Shown: positions 18,465 through 28,546 of the stretch, piece by piece
Layout of the letters: each line of letters opens with the position of its first letter
How positions within the stretch are numbered: position 1 is the first letter of the stretch
Assembly (NCBI GenBank): GCA_016927995.1
Contig: JAFGLO010000011.1
Span: 391 to 64,390 of the forward strand
From: Candidatus Dojkabacteria bacterium
GTDB lineage: Bacteria > Patescibacteriota > Dojkabacteria > JAFGLO01
DNA length: 64,000 nt
Reading direction: 5' to 3'
The notes under the pieces: generated by a model
Databases searched by the model: none
What the model was told of the DNA's origin: nothing
Seen by the model: the letters and a program-made list of their open reading frames with translations, nothing else
Position numbers and translations under genes: made by a program

Positions 18465-20378
18465 TTATGACCAGTCCCATTCTTTCTTTTTTCCTTGTCT
18501 TCTGTTGAAAGGGTTTAGGTATGCTAGAAAGTTAAATAGGGTTTCTCTAACTTGGGGAATAAGTAGTAGTGAACTTCCTGCAGCGATAGCTGCAACTGGA
18601 ACCCCGACTTTGTAAAGTGTCTCTTCCGGGATACTGGTTTTCTCTGAAATATTGGAGACAAGGGTTGTTACAGGTGATTGTTCTGAACTGGTTATTGAAT
18701 CATCTGGACTTACTGTTTCACTGGTTGTAGCTTCTGGTGTGGTGTCAGTGCTTGTATTACTTGTTGAATTGTTTTCGGGTGTAGTTTGAGCCGGATCTTC
18801 TGGTTCTTCGTTGCCCTCATTTGGGGTCTGTGGCTCTTGCTGAGGTGGACTTTGAGGTGCAACATAATATTCAAAGGCGCCAATATCATAACCATTAAAT
18901 TGAGGCCTTGTTACTCCATCGTAGTCATTTGTGATACTAGAAATTGTTAATCCCGCATCTATTGCCGGTGAAGTTGACTGTAGGTGGAAGTTGTTTGTAG
19001 AAATGAAAAGTGGGTTAATCTTCATCTTGTCTGTTGGTTGCAGAATATATCCATAGACTTTGGGGGTGCTTCCGTCGGAATTCCAAAATAAATTGTTTCC
19101 ATAAGTCCCACAGCTGCCTATGTTGTGAAGGTGTGTTGATGATGAGTGAGTGTGGTAATCTACCATAATGTTGTTGTAGATCTGAAAATCACGTACGTCT
19201 ATTGCTGCTTCGCAATCGTTCACGTTGGAATCTGCTTCCCAGTCGTTTAGGTTGATTGCAGTTGGCCAGGTGTCAGATACAAATCCCAGGTCCCCTTTAA
19301 AGGTGTTGTTATAGATTTTTAGACCAATTAAGTTTTTTCCTCCGCCTCCAGTGCATATGCCCACATGAGACATTATTATATTGTTGCGGATTGTTAGGTT
19401 TTCACATTGGTTGGAATCATTTTGCCCCTCTAGCATAAACCCTGTCACAGATATTCCTGGGACTGGCCTCTCCAAGACGCCTGTTGTGGTATTTCCCATG
19501 AAAATGTAGTTGCCCTCAATGATGGTGTTCTTGGCTGCGCCTCCCCATTGTGGGTCCTGTCCATATGTTTGGAATGCGTCCATATGTGGGGTTCCAGCTT
19601 GAAGATCTACTCTGAGGTCGTGTATATAATTGCCACGATATGTGTTTCCAGTGCCTGTAAATTCAATACCATTAACGTCTTGTAATTCTGTACATGGACT
19701 CATCTGATCTACAATATAACCAATATCATTATCCTCTATGAGATTATTTGTTCCACTGCAAACAATTCCATTGTTGTATGTGTATCGAATCGTGTTATTT
19801 CTGACGATTGATCCATTGGAGACTCCCCTTACCAGTATTCCTTGTCTCGGGCTATTTTCTACTAGGTTGTTTTCTGCAATGTTGTAATCGCCGATTATTT
19901 GAATTGCCCCTTTATATTGGCAATCCGTTGGCGTTACGGTAAATCCCTTTAATGTAATATAACTTCCGCTTAACTCTAGGGTTTTTGTGTATACCGCTCC
20001 ACTTGCTTGTACTGTAATCCGACTAACATTAGTTCCAGAATTTGAAATCACTACATCTTCGTTATATGTTCCGGCAAGAACAGTAAGTGTATCTCCCGCT
20101 CCAAGCACGGTTGCACCTTTTTGAATTGTTCGAAAAGCACAAGGTTGGCCGGTTCCACTACCTGGGTAGTTGGCCGCTGATAGTCCCGTACGGCCCGTAT
20201 CGCTTCCTCCTGTAGACACATAAATCGTTTCGGCGGCTGATGTTCCTAATACCTGTTGCGTCTGGGAGTTTTTCCATGGATGAGAATAAATAAAGCAGCC
20301 TGATGCAACGAATATTAGGGTAACAAACGTGAAATAGGTTAATAATATCAAAACTCCGGACAAACTGTTCTTTTTCAT
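18465..20378 (-). CDS. Surface right-handed beta-helix protein with choice-of-anchor-Q-like motif and C-terminal TM
   Basis: YVSTGGSD..FRTIQKG..GDTLTVLAGTY, parallel beta-helix repeats, FHLQSTSPAIDAG..YDIGAFEY, P/T-rich linker. Confidence 0.8.
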   Translation of the reverse strand: MKKNSLSGVLILLTYFTFVTLIFVASGCFIYSHPWKNSQTQQVLGTSAAETIYVSTGGSDTGRTGLSAANYPGSGTGQPCAFRTIQKGATVLGAGDTLTVLAGTYNEDVVISNSGTNVSRITVQASGAVYTKTLELSGSYITLKGFTVTPTDCQYKGAIQIIGDYNIAENNLVENSPRQGILVRGVSNGSIVRNNTIRYTYNNGIVCSGTNNLIEDNDIGYIVDQMSPCTELQDVNGIEFTGTGNTYRGNYIHDLRVDLQAGTPHMDAFQTYGQDPQWGGAAKNTIIEGNYIFMGNTTTGVLERPVPGISVTGFMLEGQNDSNQCENLTIRNNIIMSHVGICTGGGGKNLIGLKIYNNTFKGDLGFVSDTWPTAINLNDWEADSNVNDCEAAIDVRDFQIYNNIMVDYHTHSSSTHLHNIGSCGTYGNNLFWNSDGSTPKVYGYILQPTDKMKINPLFISTNNFHLQSTSPAIDAGLTISSITNDYDGVTRPQFNGYDIGAFEYYVAPQSPPQQEPQTPNEGNEEPEDPAQTTPENNSTSNTSTDTTPEATTSETVSPDDSITSSEQSPVTTLVSNISEKTSIPEETLYKVGVPVAAIAAGSSLLLIPQVRETLFNFLAYLNPFNRRQGKKKEWDWS

Positions 20379-20464
20379 ACTTCTACGTTAACATGTGTAA
20401 AAGTGTGTGTAAAGTCCTGAAGTAAAGAATTATTTATGACCTGTCCGTTGGTAGAACGGCTCTA

Positions 20465-21703
20465 CTAAAGATCCAAAACTGTTTTAAGCTGTGCTTCTAT
20501 GTCACTGTTAAATCCGGAAAAGGCTTTTCCATCGACAAAAATAAATGGATAATATCCGTAGGTTGTTGATACACCTTCACTTTCCGGATATTCGGATTTG
20601 TATGTACCAAGTACGCTTGAAAAATCGCTATCGGTTGTAAGATGCTCTTCGTAGGAAAGGTTATATTCATCAAGAAATGCCAGCAAATCAACGCACATGG
20701 GCCCTGTGTTGTTGTGGAAAATAACAATTTCTTGCTGATTTATTTTGCCATTGCCGCCGTCTGACTCATTAAGATCATCAACCTTACATGGGTTTACAAC
20801 ATCCTGCTCATCTTCGTAAGGAATTGCCGGTCTAATTTTCTCAGGTGTGTAAGGTGCATTTATGTTTATAGGAATCTGCCACATAGGAAGTACTTTGTCG
20901 ACTGTTCCAAGTGTATCTAAATCAACCCAGTCAACGTTGTAGTTATCCCAAAAGTTATGCCACATATTGTTCCAGCGGGCCTTTTGTCCTCCAATGTATG
21001 TGTGTGAAACCCCAATAAATTTTTCTTCTGTAATTGCGCGCTCAAACTCAGTTGTCATATCTTCGGGACTTCCGTTTCGCTCATAAAAGCTGTAATCACA
21101 GAAACTTCCATATTTAAATTCGGGAACGTCGATATTTGAAACCGAAATTATTTTTACGTTGTATTCTTCGGGTTTGTAGACAGTGGTTGCAAGCTCTGTT
21201 GTTCCACGGGCAGTTATATATTCAATCCCAAGCTCATCAGCAATTTTTACTGTATTTTCGTCGGATGCCATGTAACGTGAGCTGATTATTCGCACTTTTA
21301 TGTTAAGCATTGACTCTATTCTTGTTACCATGTCTGTGATAACTTCGTACTGCTCGTCATATGTCATTTCCCAATATGGTTTGGGATCATATGATGCGGC
21401 AATTTCTATTACACCTGTTTTTAGAATCTCACGGATTGTTTCCTGGTTTGCTTGAACGAAATCGGCATTAACCATTAGTATCCCTTTAACATTTCTTTCT
21501 TTCATGTCGGAAACCATATTTACAAGACCGTCGGTGTTACGGAACTCGATTAGAAGCATCATTGCTTTTGGAACTGTTTCCTCTGCGGGTGTTTCCTCTT
21601 TGGGTGTTGGGCATGCGTATTTTTGCACCAAAAAGAATTCCCCCACAAGCAGAGCTCCAAGCACAAAGAGAGCCCCGATTAAGATTGGTAATTTCTTACT
21701 CAT
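20465..21703 (-). CDS. Membrane-anchored NodB/polysaccharide-deacetylase-like protein fused to a glutaredoxin-like domain
   Basis: N-terminal TM helix, 7-stranded-barrel-like core, C-terminal GPMC..YPFIFVDGKAFSGF. Confidence 0.5.
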   Translation of the reverse strand: MSKKLPILIGALFVLGALLVGEFFLVQKYACPTPKEETPAEETVPKAMMLLIEFRNTDGLVNMVSDMKERNVKGILMVNADFVQANQETIREILKTGVIEIAASYDPKPYWEMTYDEQYEVITDMVTRIESMLNIKVRIISSRYMASDENTVKIADELGIEYITARGTTELATTVYKPEEYNVKIISVSNIDVPEFKYGSFCDYSFYERNGSPEDMTTEFERAITEEKFIGVSHTYIGGQKARWNNMWHNFWDNYNVDWVDLDTLGTVDKVLPMWQIPININAPYTPEKIRPAIPYEDEQDVVNPCKVDDLNESDGGNGKINQQEIVIFHNNTGPMCVDLLAFLDEYNLSYEEHLTTDSDFSSVLGTYKSEYPESEGVSTTYGYYPFIFVDGKAFSGFNSDIEAQLKTVLDL

Positions 21704-21727
21704 AATTTATATAAAAAATTTAGATAA

Positions 21728-22987
21728 TTACCCGAACATTAGTATTTCGGGTTTTACTATTAAGATGATTCCAATAATTAATATAACGATTCCTCCAATC
21801 AGGCTTGACCACTTTGTGTATTTCTTTGCTATTCCCGTGACTTCAAAAGTTTTAATAGCAACAAAGAAAACGATTAAATCATCAAGCATAAAGACTAACA
21901 CATATAAAATCAGGTAGAGGTAATATTGAATTGGAGTTAGTTTAATTGTTGACAGTAGATTTGTATAAATGGCTGGTAGCCCTGCAGAACAAGCTAATTC
22001 AATAAGGTTTACCGATATGGCCAAAGTGATGATTCCTACCATTGCAAGCAAAAAGCTTCTTTCGGCTATAATTTTTTTTATTTTGTCAATAATGCCTTTT
22101 CGTTGAGTTTCGTTTGTTGCACGACAACCGCCCTTTGAAGACAATGCACTTTTGATGTGTAGAATTCCACTTACAATTGCGACAATTCCTATTATTATCT
22201 TTATTTGAGAAACATAGCCGATTAGATCAAAGACCTTAAACCATGCAAGTAAAAATAAAAAGTATACGAGACCTGATACAAAGATAAACGTAGACCCAAG
22301 TAGATACAGTTTTTTCTTATCTTTCATGTTAATAAGCATGGTGATAAGAAATATAAGAATCCACATTGCACAAGGGTTAAATCCATCGACTAGTGCAATA
22401 AGTATTGTTGCAACCGGAAGTGAAATATCTTTTAGATTTACTTTGCCAAAGATATAGGTGTTCAAATAGATTGGCGATGTGCTCTCTGTATTTGATCCAC
22501 TTTGAATTTTAGCATTGGGATCGGACCCATTTGGTGTGGTTTCTCCTAACAGCAATTCCGAAAGATTGTCTTTACAACCGTCTTGTATACACCTGTCAAT
22601 CTCGGCTTTTATATCAGCCCCGGTGGTATTGTCGCTTTCATAGCCTACGAAATACTTTTCCCCTATTACAAGAAAAGGAACACCTGCAACCTCGATATCT
22701 AAGTAATCGATAACATCTAGAAACGTATTGCTATCTTCTTTTTCGTAGTAAATTTCGTATTCATAAATTGTAATTTGGTCGGGGTAATCTTCCCTGAGAT
22801 CTTTTAGAAATTGCCTTTCTTTTGCACAGTGCGGACAGCCAAGTCCATAGAACAGATAAATATTTATGGGTTCAGCCTGGGCATAGACTAACCGTGTAAA
22901 TCCTGCAAAAATAGCAATAAAAAAAACAAGAACTAATGCGATCTTATTAAATATGTTTAGGTTTGGTTTAACTGTCTTTATATTCAT
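21728..22987 (-). CDS. Glutaredoxin (CPHC) plus CcdA/DsbD-like transmembrane domain protein
   Basis: GCPHCAKE, GVPFLVIG, then DGFNPCAMW..ELACSAGLP in multiple TM helices. Confidence 0.8.
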   Translation of the reverse strand: MNIKTVKPNLNIFNKIALVLVFFIAIFAGFTRLVYAQAEPINIYLFYGLGCPHCAKERQFLKDLREDYPDQITIYEYEIYYEKEDSNTFLDVIDYLDIEVAGVPFLVIGEKYFVGYESDNTTGADIKAEIDRCIQDGCKDNLSELLLGETTPNGSDPNAKIQSGSNTESTSPIYLNTYIFGKVNLKDISLPVATILIALVDGFNPCAMWILIFLITMLINMKDKKKLYLLGSTFIFVSGLVYFLFLLAWFKVFDLIGYVSQIKIIIGIVAIVSGILHIKSALSSKGGCRATNETQRKGIIDKIKKIIAERSFLLAMVGIITLAISVNLIELACSAGLPAIYTNLLSTIKLTPIQYYLYLILYVLVFMLDDLIVFFVAIKTFEVTGIAKKYTKWSSLIGGIVILIIGIILIVKPEILMFG

Positions 22988-23234
22988 TAATGATTTTTAT
23001 TAGGTTTTTCTTTTCGATTTCACCGTATTCACGATGAATTTCAGTACCATTCTTGTCAAGAAAAATGAAACAAGGAAATTCGGTTATATCATACTTTTTT
23101 ACAAGATCGGCGTTCTCGTCGACATCATAATATTCGGTTTTAAGCCACTTTAGTTCGCTCTCAATCTGTTGCCAAATCGGCTTCATAATAAGGCATCCCG
23201 AACACCAGATTGCGCCAAATTTTAGTACTTTCAT
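22968..23234 (-). CDS. Thioredoxin family protein
   Basis: WCSGC active site, YDVDE, FP cis-proline. Confidence 0.9.
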   Translation of the reverse strand: MKVLKFGAIWCSGCLIMKPIWQQIESELKWLKTEYYDVDENADLVKKYDITEFPCFIFLDKNGTEIHREYGEIEKKNLIKIINEYKDS

Positions 23235-23236
23235 AT

Positions 23237-23512
23237 TTAGTTGTTGATAATAGTTAATAATTCAAGGACGATGTCCCTTTTGGATTCAATTAGTTTGTAA
23301 ATTATGTGTTGTCCGTTTCTGATGGTTTTAACATATTTTAAATCAAGCAGTGTTTTTAGATGATGAGAGATAAGGCTATGTTTTAGGTTTAATTTCTTTA
23401 CCATTTGACAAACGCAGGTATCTTTCTGTGAAAGTAGAGTCAGAATTTTTATTCTGTTAAGTACTAAAAGTTTGCGTAGGGTTTCTATTTTTTTGTTGGT
23501 TGAAACATTCAT
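23237..23512 (-). CDS. ArsR/SmtB family transcriptional regulator
   Basis: NRIKILTLL..CVC..LISHHLKTL..RNGQHIIY. Confidence 0.92.
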   Translation of the reverse strand: MNVSTNKKIETLRKLLVLNRIKILTLLSQKDTCVCQMVKKLNLKHSLISHHLKTLLDLKYVKTIRNGQHIIYKLIESKRDIVLELLTIINN

Positions 23513-23529
23513 TAATAAAGATTGCAATC

Positions 23530-23549
23530 ATTTCAATGTATATTGAAAT
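23530..23549. promoter_or_regulatory. Putative ArsR operator
   Basis: ATTTCAAT-gtat-ATTGAAAT palindrome immediately upstream of the arsR-like gene. Confidence 0.6.
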
Positions 23550-23605
23550 ATATAACAAAGTTTAAGCTGAGTCAAGTCAGGTGAAGAAGTGAAATCGTGT
23601 AGACT

Positions 23606-23884
23606 TTACTGAGGTTGCTGAATATTTATAGCCATTCCTTCTATCAAAGCCTTTGTAATCTTTTCAAGCGCGGTGGTAATATCACGCTGATACTGGCTTT
23701 GAGAAATCCCCATTTTTTCTGCGGCTTCGTCTTGATCGAGCTTTTCAATATAACGTAAGCGGATAGTCTCGAGTTCCTCATGGGTTATTGTTACTTCTTG
23801 TAATTGTTGCAAACGGATTCCTCTAGGTTTAAAGTAAATGTCATTAAATCGAAACCCCAAGTGTCGTCTGAATCGATGTCTCAT
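23606..23884 (-). CDS. DUF134 HTH DNA-binding protein
   Basis: YFKPRGI..EELETIRL..QDEAAEKMGISQS..KITKALIEG. Confidence 0.92.
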   Translation of the reverse strand: MRHRFRRHLGFRFNDIYFKPRGIRLQQLQEVTITHEELETIRLRYIEKLDQDEAAEKMGISQSQYQRDITTALEKITKALIEGMAINIQQPQ

Positions 23885-23958
23885 TTTGGTCTGTGTTAAT
23901 AAATAAGCTAGTGGGATAACATGGGTTAACAGAAAATGCTACCCCACACACTTTTAAG

Positions 23959-24225
23959 TTAGAGGCAGAAGATACCACGCATGGCTGTTCCACACTTCGG
24001 GCACTTTTTTTGTGTACAAGGAGTACCTCTTACATGTGGTTCTTTATATCCACACTTCGGACATGTGCACTCTTTTGTTCCACCTAAACCCCTACCAACG
24101 CCGGTTTTTGCTCTTCCTAAACCTCTACCTCGTCCGGCTCCTCTGCCGGCTCCACGACCAACGCCGCGACCTGCACCAGTAACTGGACCTTGCCCCATAG
24201 GGCCTGTTCCGTCTAGATTTGGCAT
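23959..24225 (-). CDS. DUF5320-like Gly/Arg-rich protein with Cys-rich ribbon
   Basis: MPNLDGTGPMGQGPVTG..GRG repeats, CTCPKCG..H.RG.PC...CPKCG. Start at 24225. Confidence 0.85.
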   Translation of the reverse strand: MPNLDGTGPMGQGPVTGAGRGVGRGAGRGAGRGRGLGRAKTGVGRGLGGTKECTCPKCGYKEPHVRGTPCTQKKCPKCGTAMRGIFCL

Positions 24226-24349
24226 AATTATGTTAAATAAATTTATATATGGGTGATTACCCACTTGTATGATAACATACATTGCCAAATGGGTCAATAC
24301 CCATTTGGTTGCTCTGGAAGTCAAACGACAACCCATGCTATAATATAGC

Positions 24350-25489
24350 ATGGCAAAGATATCTTTTGAAGGTTCACAAGCAATGCAAGCTGAGGGTATA
24401 GATGTTCCTTATTTGCTACATGAATGCCAACAGTTGGTTAATGCCGATGAAGCATTAAGACGAACTAAATTTGTTCAAGGAGCTGCTGATGGATATTTTG
24501 AACATATTGGGAGACATATAATATCCCTAACTTCTTGGGTTACTGACCACATCCCATTTGCTATAAGTGATATTGCATTGGCTCCACAACCAATTGCAAA
24601 GGAACTGTTAGCTATTTTTGTTGTTGCTGGTATTATTGGAATACTCTCAAGTGATGTTTCTGCTACTCAAAAAACAGCAGAGCTGGTCGACACGGTCAAA
24701 GGTATGTTTATTGGAACCGGTACAGGCTTTCTGATATTCATGCTTACGTATGGGTATAGATATTTTAGGACACCTTTAGAACAAAAGCTTGGAATTGTTA
24801 AGGAGCCCTTTGATGTTACAGAGGAAACAGCGTTTGTGATTTCGAAACTAAATGAGCTTTCTGAAAGCCGTAAACTTGAAAGAGACGAGCAAATTGCAGA
24901 GGCACATAAGGCTGTAAAAGAATTCTTTGAGAATTACTATCCTCCTGTTAGAACAGCGCATAGAGTTAAAAAGTCGTTGTTTTCCAAAATGCTTTTAAAA
25001 ACCATGGGATTTTTAGGGATATGTAATCCTTTTATCCAAGAAATTATTTCAACAATCGAAGTGATACCGGAATTATATGCTCATGAGTTTGCTCATGCGA
25101 ATGGAGCTGCTCCAGAACCATCAGCACAGATTGCCGGTGTTATTGCCCAGATAAGCTCAGAAGATCCATCGGTTCAATATCAAGGTTATTCTGCCTGGTT
25201 GTATCAGCTTATATCACACTTAATTTCAGAAAATAAATTCGAGGAGATACTTAAAAAGCTTTGTTCTGCATGGCTTAATGAAAGGTCGCTTGAAGAATGT
25301 AAAGAACGTTGGAACACGCTTGAAGAAGTATATAATGCCGATAACTGGTGTAGAAGAAAAGAAAGATGGTATCGTGAATTGTTATTAAAACTCACAGGAC
25401 AAGAAGGAGTTAATGTAGCCTATGTTGATGCTCCGCTTGCTCTTCTTGCCAACTGGCGAAAGCAGCAGGCCAATGCTACAGCGAGCTAA
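24350..25489 (+). CDS. DUF3810-like putative zinc metallopeptidase, membrane protein
   Basis: TM helices, GICNPF..AHEFAH..E motif. Confidence 0.7.
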   Translation: MAKISFEGSQAMQAEGIDVPYLLHECQQLVNADEALRRTKFVQGAADGYFEHIGRHIISLTSWVTDHIPFAISDIALAPQPIAKELLAIFVVAGIIGILSSDVSATQKTAELVDTVKGMFIGTGTGFLIFMLTYGYRYFRTPLEQKLGIVKEPFDVTEETAFVISKLNELSESRKLERDEQIAEAHKAVKEFFENYYPPVRTAHRVKKSLFSKMLLKTMGFLGICNPFIQEIISTIEVIPELYAHEFAHANGAAPEPSAQIAGVIAQISSEDPSVQYQGYSAWLYQLISHLISENKFEEILKKLCSAWLNERSLEECKERWNTLEEVYNADNWCRRKERWYRELLLKLTGQEGVNVAYVDAPLALLANWRKQQANATAS

Positions 25490-25511
25490 ATCTACTGCGG
25501 GCTAACGCTAA

Positions 25512-27290
25512 CTAAATGCTTTTCAACATATCATCAATTCTATTTAGACCCTTTTCCCAAAACTCTTTTTTGGTAATGTCGATTCCGAGTTCCAGAAAAA
25601 TCTCCTTTGGTGACTTAGAAAGTCCAGTGCTTAAAAATGTTTTTACCTTTGAAATTGTCTTTGGGTCTTTTTGTACCATTGCTTGCAATGCCTTTGAGAT
25701 AAGTAGGCCGCTGGCATATGAATAAACGTAAAATGGGGATCTAATGTGAGACCAATGAACCCACCAATTTTCAGAACCTTTGTCGGCTGAAACCGCTGGT
25801 CCCATATATGCTTGCATGTGAGTTTTAAACATAGCTGATATTTCTTTTGCGCTTAAATACATTTGTTTACGAAATGTTGCATGCAGTTCTTTTTCGAAAT
25901 TATAAAGCGCAACCTGTCTAAAAATTGTTGAAACGTCGTTGCCTAGCTTGTCCATAAGCAAAAGCCTTTTCGTGGAATCGGAGATGGATTTATTTAAGTT
26001 TTCAAAAACGAAATCCTCAAAAAATGTACTTGCAACTTCTGCAGTGCTTGTAGGTGTTCCGTAGTTTAATATGTCTTGATGTTTTGCGATTAGTTCATTA
26101 TTTATTCCGTGGCCTAATTCATGTGCGATTGTTAGAATGTCTGATTCGTTTCCAGAGTAGTTTAGAAGAATGTAAGTTGGATATTTTGGCTTAACTGCGG
26201 CACAGTATGCCCCACCCGATTTACCTTTTTGTGGGAATACGTCGAATCTTCTTTGAGAAAAAAAGTTCTTTGCAAGCTCACCCAGTTCAGGATCAAGTGA
26301 AGTATATGTTGATAGTACAATTTTTTGAGCCTGAGAAAATTCATATTTTAGGGACTTGGGATTTAAGGGGAATGTTCGCTCATGATATTTTAGCCTTTTT
26401 TTGCCCAGTATTCTGGCACGGGCTTTGTAGTATCGTTTTGAAAGGTCGAATCGCTTGGTTACTGCACTTACCATTGCATCAACGACACTTGTGTCTATGT
26501 CGTCCGATATATGACGGGCTTCGTCAGGGCGAATGTGTCCTCGCAATTTGTCGGAAACTCTTTTAAATTCCAGAATAGAGTTAAGCTCTTCTGTTGCAAT
26601 TTCACGCTTTTCGTATACTATTTTATGAATTATTTTTGCGCTGCTGTCGCGCAATTTTGAATCACGGCTCGATAGATTTTCAATTATTTGATTAAATGGT
26701 TGTTTCTTTTTTATGCCTTTGGTTGTTGTTACGTATCCTTCGGTTTTGTTTACCTGTTCCTCTAAAAACTGTGTCCAATTTGAATACGCAGGTTTGCTTA
26801 AAAGTGAAAATAAGTTCTCTTCCTTTTCGGAAAGCAGGTATTTTCCTTCAATGAATAATCTTTTTAGCATGTGCGAGTACTTTTGTAATGGTTTGTAGGC
26901 TAGCATTTTAGGCTGCAGGTTTTTTGGAATTTTTGATATTTTGAGAGTAAAAAAGGTAAGACTGTTTGAAAGCTCCGTTGCTGTTTGATTTATGTTGTTG
27001 AATTGTTTTTTTATTGTTATATCTTGGGCATTTTGATCACGTCTTAAGTAGTAGTAAAACCAAGCTTTGTCTATTGAATGATTGCTGTTTGCAAGGATTT
27101 CATAATCTAGTAGTGCTTTGTGTAGTGCCTTGGGATCTTTTAAATATGCTTTTGCGGTTTTATATTTTTTTACAAAGTCGGAGATCTCTTTTTTTGAGAT
27201 TTTTACATCTTTTTCTATTTGTGGGTCGGAATCGCTTTTATATAAAAGGCTTAAGTCCCACGTGTAGTTTTTTGCTGGTTGTACAATCAC
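25512..27290 (-). CDS. pepF: M3 family oligoendopeptidase F
   Basis: WDLSLLY, GKSGGAYC, TIAHELGHG, AEVAS, HWSHI..FYVYSYASG. Confidence 0.9.
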   Translation of the reverse strand: MIVQPAKNYTWDLSLLYKSDSDPQIEKDVKISKKEISDFVKKYKTAKAYLKDPKALHKALLDYEILANSNHSIDKAWFYYYLRRDQNAQDITIKKQFNNINQTATELSNSLTFFTLKISKIPKNLQPKMLAYKPLQKYSHMLKRLFIEGKYLLSEKEENLFSLLSKPAYSNWTQFLEEQVNKTEGYVTTTKGIKKKQPFNQIIENLSSRDSKLRDSSAKIIHKIVYEKREIATEELNSILEFKRVSDKLRGHIRPDEARHISDDIDTSVVDAMVSAVTKRFDLSKRYYKARARILGKKRLKYHERTFPLNPKSLKYEFSQAQKIVLSTYTSLDPELGELAKNFFSQRRFDVFPQKGKSGGAYCAAVKPKYPTYILLNYSGNESDILTIAHELGHGINNELIAKHQDILNYGTPTSTAEVASTFFEDFVFENLNKSISDSTKRLLLMDKLGNDVSTIFRQVALYNFEKELHATFRKQMYLSAKEISAMFKTHMQAYMGPAVSADKGSENWWVHWSHIRSPFYVYSYASGLLISKALQAMVQKDPKTISKVKTFLSTGLSKSPKEIFLELGIDITKKEFWEKGLNRIDDMLKSI

Positions 27291-28546
27291 TATAAAAGCT
27301 CTTCAAATTGAATTTTTTTAAGGAGATTTCTGTCTAGAATAATATGCTCTTTGGGATCAAATTTATCAGTTGTTACTCGAACTAGTCGAGTTTTGTATTT
27401 TTCTTTGTATAGAATTTTGTTATTTCTTTTTATAAAGTCATTTATTTTGTTATAGAATAATCCTATATATTCATAATCCAGACTATTTAAATCAGCTGAT
27501 GCGTTTATAAGCGGTTCAATTTCTTTTACTCGATTTCCCTCTTCTATTTTGACATCTGAGAAGTCAAACCAATAACTACTTAGTGCTACAACAAATCTGA
27601 TCGAAGTGTCGTTCTCGCTATTAAAAATATAAGTTATCTCCCTAGTCTCAGTTTGCAGATAGGTTTTTAAATATAGCTGGTCAAAACTTGTAACCTTGTA
27701 AACTTTGTATGAATTTATGAGTGTAAGAAATGTCGGTCTCCAATTTTCAATCCATAAGTCATAGTTTGTTCTGTCGTAGAAGAATTGGGCAAGGTCCTTT
27801 TCAAAAAGATTGTCGTCAAGATTAGCAACTCTTAGTTTAAGCTTATCAAGTAAGTCTTTCAGTGTTTCATATTTCTCTTTATTCAGCTTAAAATATTCAA
27901 TATCAGGGTATGTATTACGCTTTAAATACCAGATGAGATCGTAGATATCTCTTGGCTTGCAATTTGTTTTTTCTTCACCAATTCCTCGATCATTTCTGTT
28001 TATTACCGCAAGTATTTTACTGGACATAAGCGTGGAAATAGGATAAGTTTTTATTGTATAAGTTAAGTTATCATGAACAATCGGAATTGTTTCTGTAATT
28101 AATTTGTTGGCTTCGGGAAAGTAATTAATATCAAACCTAATTTTCAATTTTGACCACGAAACGTTGATGCCAAGTGCTTCAATAATATCAAGACCGATCA
28201 TAAGTGTACTTGTTTTTATACCTTCTTTGATAGATATGTCCACTGTTTGTAAATATCGGTTTTTAAAATGTGAAATTAAGGAGGTTCTAAGTGCTGGTAA
28301 GTCTAGTTCTTCAGCGGTTTGGAAATCAAGGTCCTCTGACATTCTTGGCAATTCATAACCTATCCGTAAAAGGGATCCGCCATACATTATCAGTTTTGAG
28401 TATGGTGCGCTGTTGAATATATAGTTTAGAATGTAATGCTGCAGCTCTTCTTTTATTGCGTTTATTATAATGATATCGGTATGTCCGGCTTCTTTAAGAG
28501 TAGCTACTTTTTCTTTAAGCTTTTTTACAAGGATAGATTCGCTCAT
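27290..28546 (-). CDS. AbiEii/AbiGii nucleotidyltransferase toxin with C-terminal extension
   Basis: GGSLLRIGYELPRMSEDLDF, SKILA..R..KPRDIYDL. Confidence 0.9.
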   Translation of the reverse strand: MSESILVKKLKEKVATLKEAGHTDIIIINAIKEELQHYILNYIFNSAPYSKLIMYGGSLLRIGYELPRMSEDLDFQTAEELDLPALRTSLISHFKNRYLQTVDISIKEGIKTSTLMIGLDIIEALGINVSWSKLKIRFDINYFPEANKLITETIPIVHDNLTYTIKTYPISTLMSSKILAVINRNDRGIGEEKTNCKPRDIYDLIWYLKRNTYPDIEYFKLNKEKYETLKDLLDKLKLRVANLDDNLFEKDLAQFFYDRTNYDLWIENWRPTFLTLINSYKVYKVTSFDQLYLKTYLQTETREITYIFNSENDTSIRFVVALSSYWFDFSDVKIEEGNRVKEIEPLINASADLNSLDYEYIGLFYNKINDFIKRNNKILYKEKYKTRLVRVTTDKFDPKEHIILDRNLLKKIQFEELL

